NCBI GenBank assembly: GCA_049724395.1
Contig: JAUGWO010000053.1
Coordinates: forward strand, 62,001 to 122,055
Length of the DNA: 60,055 bases
Direction of reading: 5' to 3'
DNA from: Spongospora subterranea f. sp. subterranea
Lineage: Eukaryota
The number at the start of each line of letters is the position of its first letter. Position 1 is the stretch's first letter. Below the pieces are notes generated by a model, which was not told the origin of the DNA, did not search any database, and was given only the letters and a program-made list of their open reading frames with translations. Positions 1 through 9,639 of this stretch are shown here, in pieces. The position numbers and the translations under genes were made by a program.

Positions 1-140
1 AATTCGAATGATTGAATCCAGTCTTTTGAACGTCATGACTGGTGATTTGAATCCAGTCTTTTCTGTTGGACAGAAAAGACTGGATTCAAAGACTGGCACG
101 CACTTTTTGATCCAGCCTTTTGATCCAGTCTTTTCTAGTG
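1..140. mobile_element. Right terminus of a CACTA-like DNA transposon with subterminal repeats
   Basis: Ends in ...TTTTCTAGTG at 140 (reverse complement CACTAGAAAA). Repeated GATCCAGTCTTTT-like motifs occur in both orientations, including a perfect 21-bp inverted repeat (46-66 / 70-90). Confidence 0.55.
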
Positions 141-148
141 GCCCGTTT

Positions 149-466
149 AAGAGGTGGCACCTTGGGGTTTAGGACAGTGTTAGAGGTGGCAGCTTGGGGA
201 CAGTGTAAAAGACCCTAAGAGGTGGCAGCTTGGGGTTTAGGACAGTGTAAAAGACCCTAAGAGGTGGCACCTTGGGGTTTAGGACAGTGTAAAAGATCCT
301 AAGAGGTGGCACCTTGGGGTTTAGGACAGTGTTAGAGGTGGCAGCTTGGGGACAGTGTAAAAGACCCTAAGAGGTGGCAGCTTGGGGTTTAGGACAGTGT
401 AAAAGACCCTAAGAGGTGGCACCTTGGGGTTTAGGACAGTGTAAAAGATCCTAAGAGGTGGCAGCT
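149..466 (+). repeat. 42-bp minisatellite with a 152-bp higher-order duplication
   Basis: Unit AAGAGGTGGCA(G/C)CTTGGGGTTTAGGACAGTGTAAAAGACCCT starts at 217, 259 and 301. Block 149-300 is repeated at 301-452. Confidence 0.95.
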
Positions 467-665
467 TTAGCGAAGACTCGTCCAGGCTTCAACTCGTCCA
501 AGTGGCACTCGAGAAAATTGAAACGCTTAGACAAGGTAATCAAATATCGGGCAAACTCTGCAGAAGGTTGGACACTCTGGACGGTTCTATGCCGTTATTC
601 AAAACTTGATGAAAGGGCTGATATCGCAGTCGACTTCTTCGTCCATCGATTCAGATTTTTTCGTT

Positions 666-1530
666 ACCAAGTATTTCAACGTTCGTCAACCGCTAACTCT
701 GCAATAGTAAGCCCAACACCGTCGTTACCATTCGATTCTCACTCCTTTCAATCAGAAATGGCTTCGTGGCGCCTTTCAGTACGGACACTCGGACGATGTC
801 CACCCGTCCGTAACATCGCCCGACGGTACTCGCAATCTCGATTTAGAACGAGCCGGAATCGTAATCATATCGCAGTTTATCCTTATTATCAGCTCTGCTA
901 ATGCCCATATCTTTTCAGTTTTCCCCACCAACATCCGACGCCTTGCGCACAGACGTCAGAGGCGTTGCGGCTCTACAATCTGTCGTTGAAGTGGTATCAC
1001 ACAGGGCCCAAACACATAGCATTGGTGTTGTGCCACAGCAATTCTTCGTTCATATAGGGACAGTTTTGGGTTTTATTTCCATTTTATATCTGGCCAACAA
1101 CACATTGCAGTTTGGCACCTGCTTGACTCCAGTTCATGCGGACCCAGGCGGCGTATCTTTGGTGTACAGTGTTACAAAATTTGGGTGATAAGGCGCCATC
1201 CGGAATGGAGCCAACGGAAAATGTTGTTTCCGTTTGACGGCGTTGTCAACAATCCCGAGCATCGCCTCGTTCGCTGACCTATGTCGGCGTCCAGAGGTTC
1301 TGGTCTGCGTCTTACGGCCTGGCGATGTCCTCGTCACGCCTCCTAGAGCGTCCCATGCTGTTCTCACGGTCTGGCCCGCTGATGTGCCTCTTGATAACCG
1401 ATGGTGTCTTGCTGGCGGCCATGTCTTCGGTAATATCACAGATGTCAGAGTCAATGCCAAATTTTCGCTTCCTTGGCACTGGGTGAACATTACCCATAGC
1501 TGCTGTCACGATTCCGTCCACTTGCCGCGC
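666..1530 (+). pseudogene. JmjC-domain (2-oxoglutarate/Fe(II) dioxygenase) pseudogene, 5'-truncated copy; left arm of the foldback
   Basis: ORF pieces carry TPVHADPGGVS (HxD) and VLRPGDVLVTPPRASHAVLT...CLAGGHVF (distal His), the JmjC cupin signature. Broken by stops and frameshifts. Confidence 0.75.
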
Positions 1531-1599
1531 CGAGAATATGGGTGTTTAGATTTTTAATTTGATTTAGAACCTATTTTTGAAGTAAACGCTGATATATAT

Positions 1600-2700
1600 C
1601 CCGGTGCGGCAAGTGGACGGAATCGTGAGAGCAGCTATGGGTAATGTTCATCCAGTGCCAAGGAAGCGAAAATTTGGCATTGACTCTGACATCTGTGATA
1701 TTACCGAAGACATGGCCGCCAGCAAGACACCATCGGTTATCACATCAGCGGGCCAGACCGTGAGAACAGCATGGGACGCTCTCGGAGGCGTGACAAGGAC
1801 ATCGCCAGGCCCTAAGACGCAGACCAGAACGTCTGGACGCCGACACAGGTCAGCGAACGAGGCGATGCTGGGTATTGCGACAACGCCGTCGAACGGAAAC
1901 ATCAATTTGCGTTGGCTCCATTCCGGATGGCGCCATATCACCCAGATTTTGTAACACAAAACACCCGGACGTGGCACGACCGCGCAAGATACGCGGCCTG
2001 GGTCGGCATGAATGGAGTCAGACAGGTGCCATACTGCAATGTGCTGTTGGTCAGATATAAAATGGAAATAAAACCCAAAGCTGTTCCTACATGGAGGAAA
2101 AATTGCTGTGGCACAACACCAATGCAATGTGTTTCGTCCCTGTGTGATACGACTTGAACGACAGATTGTAGAGCCGCAACGCCTCTGACGTCTGTGCGCA
2201 AGGCGTCGGATGTTGGTGGGGAAAACTGAAAAGATATGGGCATTAGCAGAGCTGATAATAAGGATAAACTGCGATATGATTACGATTCCGGCTCGTTCTA
2301 AATCGAGATTGCGAGTACCGTCGGGCGATGTTACGGACGGGTGGACATCGTCCGAGTGTCCGTACTGAAAGGCGCCACGAAGCCATTTCTGATTGAAAGG
2401 AGTGAGATTCGAATGGTAACGACGGTGTTGGGCTTACTGCGTTTCCAACCGCTCTTGCGACGGATTGCAGAGTTAGCGGTTGACGAACGTTAAAATATTT
2501 GGTACACTGGCGAATCAAAACGGGTTTTACACTACGCACGGCTGTTGCCACGTCCCAGCTGTCCATGAGCAGAAAGGACTGTTCATGGACAGGGGACTTC
2601 TCGATCATGAGTTGCCAGTCGGTTGTTGCTACTTCAGCCATGTCGGCGGTGGTGATCGCGGCGTAATCCATGCTGTCCTGCACAAACAACCAATGGTCAG
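1600..2700 (-). pseudogene. JmjC-domain dioxygenase pseudogene, longer copy; right arm of the foldback
   Basis: KPVLIR (N-terminal JmjC-type motif) in ORF 2243-2689, then IHADPGRVS...YKIWVIW...PGDVLVTPPRASHAVLT in ORF 1648-2127. In-frame TAA at ~2243 plus frameshifts. Confidence 0.75.
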
Positions 2701-2767
2701 TTCGTGGTCATCTGAACCCCTTCCACCGTTTTTTTTTCTCACTTTATCTGATACTCAAGGCATAATG

Positions 2768-2829
2768 CCTGCAACGCCCATCACTGGATGCTTCTTTCAT
2801 TGGAAGCATCCAGTAATGGGCGTTGCAGG
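2768..2829. repeat. 27-bp inverted repeat (one mismatch, 8-nt loop)
   Basis: CCTGCAACGCCCATCACTGGATGCTTC / GAAGCATCCAGTAATGGGCGTTGCAGG. Confidence 0.9.
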
Positions 2830-4189
2830 AAATCCCTCATTCCGAGATTGCTACAACAGGCCTTGATTTTATTCGGTAGAACGTCTCAGCCATTGAAGAA
2901 GATGGGGCAAGACTCGAGGAGTTTTTTGATTATTTCCAAAGAATATGGATCAAGAAGTATCCCCCGAACGATTGGAACATCTCGCTGTCAGATTGCTCAA
3001 CAGGAGATTTTCAATACAACGAGCATTCTGTTGGATCGTTACAATTTTTTGAATTTCCTTTTTCCGAGCGCTCATCCTACGTTGGCTCATTTCGTGGGGA
3101 CCTTGCGGCAAGAGTCGCAGCATCAATTGCAGGATTGTCGTTCTGGTAGAAATAAAGCGCCTCCCCATAAACCGACGATTACTCCGACATCATCGTTAAT
3201 TTCGCATTCGTATCCGTCATTCTTAATGGACCGATGTGTTTCACAAGAACCTGTTCAAAACGCATCCAATCGTGATATCAGTACGGTTTCATCTAAAATC
3301 ACCCTCGTATACTGAAAGTGCTCGCAATTCAGCGTCCAATGCATTTGACGTTGAATATTGTGTTCCAATAATGGCACGGTTATCGTTCATCACAAATGCT
3401 ACGACGTGTGGAGTGCACCTTGCTACAGCTTTGACCTCCGATGGCGAACATTCCCCTAAAGGCACCTGACCAATATTGCTGCTTTCATAAGTCATTTCGT
3501 ACAGGTGAACATGGTTGTCGGGACGTTGCTTACCACACCTGCTGAGGGTCAGAAATATCAGACGAGGATTGTGCTATCTTCTCAATCCCCAACCCTGTTT
3601 CGAATCATACGATCACAAATATAGGTGTAGATGGTTATTATGACATATTTTAGCTAAATTGTGCGTCAGGAACTTCACTCGTTCTTGGCTTGTTCGCTTA
3701 ACGATGTCAATACCATACTGGAAAACATTCCTTCATCTGATTCATCGTCACAGCGAGACTTTGCAGCGAGAATTCTTGTGGGTCTCCATTCCGACACTAT
3801 TTTTCAGACGTCGAATTTGTTGCCAAAACAAATCTGGTAGACAAGTGCCACAAAATTTTGATGGCCGGAGGTTTTGCTTCAGATGAACATTACTCAGTTT
3901 TCATGGAAGGTTTCGGAATTGATTGCAGGTAGAGGCATGATGTTTTAATTGCCAAGTGTTGCTGATTTCAGTTCAGAAAACGCATTCAAGAGATGCATGA
4001 TATTTACTCATGGATGAAAACCGTTGCTCTGGCACGGAAATAACAAGATCGGTTAAAGAGGCAACCTTCATTGCGCCAAGATCGGGACCCGTTTAATACA
4101 GTTTGTATTGAAACGGCGACCAATATCGTGCCAGAGGCTTTGATTAACGACCGCCCGGAGCATCAGCTGAGATAAATTCCAGGACGCTG

Positions 4190-4615
4190 TTGGAAGATCT
4201 CGCCGGAACGACTTGCCTGACTGATGATATCATGAATGGCTGGCTACAGGCATTCCCATCAGTCAATTTCGTTGTTGGATTCAGATCAATCGCCATTGAC
4301 GAGAAGCTGCACACTTTACACCTCAGCGGAAGATTGTATCTGATCCCGCTAAACGTAAGACGTCTCAGCATTGACATCCAACACCTAAACACTGTAATAT
4401 GGCTTGACAATTCACACTGGGTCGGGTGTGCGATTGTCGGCAGGCAAGTTATAGTGTATGACCCATTGGGACCTGAGATAAACTCGGCGCGGATCGCTCA
4501 GATTTTTGATCGGAATTTACGACCGTTTTTGACTAATCTGAACAACTGGAACGGTTGAAGTTTTGTGCACAAAGCAGAGAGATACTTGAAGTTGCGGCGT
4601 AAACGTCTGCACAGC
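4190..4615 (+). pseudogene. Ulp1/SENP-like (peptidase C48) cysteine protease pseudogene
   Basis: CLTDDIMNGWL, SHWVGCAIV (catalytic His), VIVYDPLG (Asp) and, in a shifted frame at 4575, QRDT*SCGV (Q..D..CG catalytic Cys motif with a premature stop). Confidence 0.7.
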
Positions 4616-5083
4616 ATTGTCATTGGTGGCCTCATGGACTTTGTGATACAGGAGAACATCCCGTTCTTGCGGTTATGGATTTTCAAAGATATGTGCTGAT
4701 CAATAAATTGTCCAATTGACTGATGGGAATGTCTGGCAAGTTGAAGCCGTAGCCAGCTATCGTTCGGGCAAGCGGTCCCCGCCAAATTTTCCATCAGTTT
4801 GCACAAAAACACCATAGCAGAGATAGTAATTATGGTTCTGCAGACACATCAGGGCATAGTTTCAAAATCCCAATACTCTCAGCAAACTCGACAAGCACAC
4901 GACGCATGGGAAAGATGGCCGAAAATCACATCCCATCGATTAAATTTCATCATCGATCAATCTCACAGATTTTATACCAACCCAGTCTCCCACAGCTTCG
5001 ATCAACTTTCGATCTCGATCAATTGTCAATCAATCTGAATGGATTATGTAGTGTATCCACGAACGGGCTGCTCACAGTTTCGC

Positions 5084-5620
5084 GGGCTCTGGTAGTCAGG
5101 GTTGCATACAGTGGTGGGCGTTGGTAGCTTACAGTGGAGGGCTTTGATGTTCAGGGTTGCAAAGGGCTTTGGTAGCGTGCAGTGGTGGGCTCTGGTAGTC
5201 AGGGCTGCATACAGTGGTGGGCTCTGGTAGTCAGGGCTGCATACAGTGGTGGGCTCTGGTAGTCAGGGCTGCATACAGTGGTGGGCTCTGGTAGTCAGGG
5301 CTGCATACAGTGGTGGGCTCTGGTAGTCAGGGTTGCATACAGTGGTGGGCGTTGGTAGCTTACAGTGGAGGGCTCTGATGTTCAGGGTTGCAAAGGGCTT
5401 TGGTAGCGTGCAGTGGTGGGCTCTGGTAGTCAGGGCTGCATACAGTGGTGGGCTCTGGTAGTCAGGGCTGCATACAGTGGTGGGATCTGGTAGTCAGGGT
5501 TGCATACAGTGGTGGGCTGTGGTAGTCAGGGCTGCATACAGTGGTGGTCTCTGGTAGTCAGGGCTGCATACAGTGGTAGGTATTGGGTCTCAAGTCAGGG
5601 TTGTATACAGTTGTTGGGCT
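5084..5620 (+). repeat. 32-bp G-rich minisatellite with a 231-bp higher-order unit
   Basis: Unit GGTAGTCAGGGCTGCATACAGTGGTGGGCTCT starts at 5194, 5226 and 5258. The variant block at 5091 recurs at 5322. Confidence 0.95.
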
Positions 5621-6251
5621 GTTCCACATGTCATGTTGATCATGAAGGGGCATCGGACGGCGCCTGTTTAGTGGATCGTCAGGATCACGGCGGGGAGGGC
5701 CCCCGATCAGGCCAGGTCTCGCCCTAAAAAAGGAGTCAGAGCCACCAACTACAGAGCTTGATGCCTTGCTTGATCGTCGAATCAATGTCCAAGCTGAAGA
5801 TGAATTCTTCAGAATTAATAAACGGTTCGCTCGACGCTATCCGGAATGGGAGAAGGTACAAGTGTGTTTTTTTTCGGAAAAAAGAACTGCTCATTGTGAT
5901 ATTCATTGGCCAGGTGGAGATTAATGTGCAAGGCGAAGATCGGGAAGCAATATTGCAAGCGTTCAACAGTTGTCGTGACGTCCTAAAACAGTGTGGACAT
6001 TTCCACGATAAACAGAAGGAGAAGATGCTACAGCTAACATCACAATTGCTATCTCAGGATTTCACAACTGCCAAAACCACATGGGACAACCCATCATCCC
6101 CCTGATGACCAGCGATTTGCGCCACCAGTTCCCCAACACCATTGTCGTCCGAACATCACTCCAATATACATTTCCCTGAACGGGTTTTTCCTATCTCGGC
6201 GTCGATCGGTCAGTTCGCTAAATTCAATTCGCATTCCCAGGTCTATTGTGA

Positions 6252-7351
6252 TCATTGGGCGATCTTGTCGTGGCACAGCCGGGCGCCCTTCCACCGCGCG
6301 ATGTTCTCGTGAATCGCGATCAGGCAGATCCCGGTCTGCGCCCATTGATTATTCAGGGTGACGAACAGGGGCAGCACGACCCGCTCGCAGAAGGCCAGCG
6401 TGGCGACGGGCGAGAACATCAGGGCCCGGTCGTCGGTGAGCTCGTCCTGCAGGACCTGCGACCATCGACAGGCGATATCGTATGGGCGGATGACGTTGCT
6501 GACGTCGGCCGCTCGAATGATCAACTGCAGCAACATCATCGTGTCGTGCTTGAGCACGCCCTGGCGACGATCGCGCTCCGAGAACGACGCTCGCCAAACC
6601 CCATCCAACGCGATATCCGTCGACAGAATGCATTCGATGATCTGGGCGCGTACCAGGTTCGGGTCGGGGACGTTGAGGAGGATGGCACTGTGCTTGGTGA
6701 GGTTGGCGTCCGCTCGCTCAGAGTGGTAGAGCTCGAGATTACCGGAGATGGACGCGGCGGCCGGCAGCGATGGGTGGTCGATATCGTGGAGCAGGGCGGC
6801 GATCATCAATGCCAACATGCATTGGGGCGTGATGCTGTTGATCGCGCCGCCATTGATCAGCAGGTACATCACCATCTGAACTGAGCACAACATCAGCTCC
6901 ACGCGCGACAACAACGACAACGCGACGCCGTCGCGAATAACGTACAGATGTCGAGGGCGTGATTGAAGTTGTGATACGGGTTGGAATGGCGATACTGCTG
7001 ACGAATATCTTCCAGGAACACGATCAACGCCCGTCGCGGGATCGAGAACCGCTCCGTTAACTGCATCAGCGCGAACACGTCGGCGATACCCTCGATGGCG
7101 TCGTCGGCGCTCAACGACAGGGCGTCGAAATCGATGGTGAACCAGGTCGGTTTGATCGCCACGGCCGATAGACACGTCGAGCGCCACGACGCGACGTCGT
7201 CGACGTTGGCGAGCGCCGCGTAGGACGAGCGTAGTACTTGTAGACGGGTCCAGCGACGAACGTCGTCGACAGTTTTGAAACTGATCTCGCGAACGACGGC
7301 GTTTCGCCTTAGGATTGGTGTTGCCTGCGACGAAAACGTTGTCGTCTGCAT
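6252..7351 (-). CDS. Class I 3',5'-cyclic nucleotide phosphodiesterase (HD catalytic domain), 2 exons, ~344 aa
   Basis: Motifs NPYHNFNHALD, AALLHDIDHP, LELYH, ILSTD and IIRAADVSN..RP.....W. A GT-AG intron at 6881-6945 joins the two frames exactly (HALDI-FQMVMY). ATG at 7351. Confidence 0.9.
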
Positions 7352-7539
7352 CGGTTCAGATACAATAATATATCGATTGCGCCAATCCGCGTTTGGTCGC
7401 GATCTTTTATAGAATATAAATGGGCGGTCGTGGCTGTGGGGACGATTACGCCATCGCCCCTGATATCGTGACTCAACTGGCCAGTTATGTTGACCAGATC
7501 GCCCATGTGGCAACTGGGGCCAGAGATCGTTCACCGATC

Positions 7540-9480
7540 AGGTGTCTGCGAAAACGCGCGTCGATCGTTTGATGGACGACAACAACGATAACGGCGAGGG
7601 CAGTTCGATAGAGGTTCTGTTGTACGACGAGGCGCTGGCCGATTGCCAAATTACACATGGCGACAAACGGCACTGGGTCGTGGGGTCCTCGATTGGAATG
7701 TTCAACATCAACAACCATCTTTAATTATCTGAAAATGGTCCAGATCGCGTTGATTTACCGTAACAGCGATCCCCAGCTGTAATCGCAAACGGATAAAGGG
7801 GTTAAAACAGCAATCTGCCGAACCGGAATGGCGCTCGGCAACACGTTGCAGTGGTTGTGGCCCCTGTAGCAACGCCACTCCTCCTTCCTCTTCTTGCCAG
7901 GACAATGATCGAGCTGGACGGGCTCGTGACGATAATCCAAACCCGTTCAATTCCGACCAGCGTCACGTCCTGGGGCGGGGTCGTGTGCCGGTCGTGCTCG
8001 GGGGACGTCATCTCGTCCAGAAGCGCGGCCCGTTCATGGCGCCATGTCGCCCCGCCCGGCTGTTCGACTACTCTTCGTTGGATCGGCGCCCGCCACCTCT
8101 CTCCCGCCATTACCGGTTCCCAACGATCTGCCCATGGACCTCTCCCTTCGGTCGTATCGCGTCCCCTCTTGGGCATACGACCACCTCCTCTAGCGATGAT
8201 TCAGGCACGGGACGACCCCATTTCCCGTCGTCAAACGTTGGTCATCGCCTTCGCCTCCGAACAGTCTGGTGTAAAGCGGCGTTGGCTGTGCATTGCTGCT
8301 GGGCAATGCGCTGCGGTCGACTACCTCCTCAACGTCCAACGTCCTGGCCAGATCCGATATCTCATAACAGATTGACGCGCCGCCGCCCGACGTCCCAGGG
8401 CAGCGAACGCTCGGCGAACGTCGCTCGGAACCACCGGCGGAAACGACGCGGGAGAGGAGCAAGGACCAACATCAAGATGGCGAACAAAGGGTCACGACCT
8501 TCCCAACTGTCAACAGCGATATGTCGACAAGAAAGGGCACTGATTCCGACGATTCCGCTGACGAACGTCTGGTTTTGGGGAATTGACAGATATCCCTGTC
8601 GTTGATCCATCGTCTCAAGGAGGGTGTGGCAGGTCCAACCACACCACGTCGATGGCGAATCGTCACCAGATAGTGTCGTGTCGCGGTGATTACCCAAGTC
8701 ATCGGTCGTCGTCGGATGTCGAATCGAGAGGGGTTTATTGGGATCACCGTCGGTGTCGGGGCCAGATCCGTTCGATATTCCCATTCCACATTTCTCGCTG
8801 ATCGATCGTCCAGACCCGATATCGTCAATCACAGACGACGCCGCCGAATCTTATTCAGCAATTGTTTCACTAAATCACTTTTTTTCGGCGTTTTCGATCA
8901 AACGGAACAGAACTGCTGTTAGTGGGACCTGTTATGATCGAATGAAACTGGATTTCTAACGACGCCAGAACCTTTACGATATAGTCAAACGATTTCCGCA
9001 GGTTGTGATGAACATGTTCTATCCCGATCTCCATCGCCATCAAATCAGGTCCCCTTCGCCGCCGACACACTCTCATTGCTCGATATCGACAGCCATAATC
9101 GGGTCATTTCGACGAAACGTCGCTATCGTGATCGCATTCTGGTGGTAAATCCCATCTCCCTGTTCCTCGTCGTCGCCGTCTCCCCTTCGCCATTCCGTCC
9201 ACCCANNCGCCCTCGACCTCGCCACGTCGTGGTCGTTTCTCAATCCCGAAATGGTGTCGCCGATCCGGAACAGGAATATTCCCCATCGTCGACCTGGTCG
9301 TCGCCCAGATTGAGCGCTCCTCGATCCGCCGTCGCCGACGACACCGCAACGCCCCGGCCCCATAATACAATCGCGATCGCGGCCGCCGATTGATCTTGGG
9401 AGCGAACGTCAGCTCCAACACCGGATCGTGAACGGAGGAACACACGACGACGCCAAAGGGCGGGTGAGGGCGAAGCCATA
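7540..9480 (-). CDS. Probable multi-exon gene(s) of unknown function
   Basis: GC-rich, coding-like minus-strand ORF pieces (9240-9479, 9073-9363, 8870-9076, 8362-8832, 7802-8176). Exon structure unresolved, no recognisable domain, one N base at 9206. Confidence 0.3.
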
Positions 9481-9639
9481 ATGAGATCGCCACCGATATT
9501 TGATGGCGCTGATGACCACAGAAAGACACCCGATATCGCAAAACCAATATAATATATCGTCAGCGCGTTTTGCGGTTTATTTTAATCTATCGATCACCGT
9601 TCTCTCTGAGGACGAAGGGCGATCTCCCTCACTCTCTCT

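Noticed and set aside
149..466. CRISPR array or true telomere
   Set aside because: No unique spacers and no cas genes; units are 42-bp complex repeats rather than pure TTTAGGG tracts.
2700..2860. PHD finger upstream of the JmjC domain
   Set aside because: Only scattered Cys/Trp residues; the C4HC3 spacing is not recoverable.
5084..5620. CRISPR-like 32-bp repeats
   Set aside because: Units are contiguous with no spacers.
6255..6884. 209-aa plus-strand ORF
   Set aside because: Antisense shadow of the phosphodiesterase.
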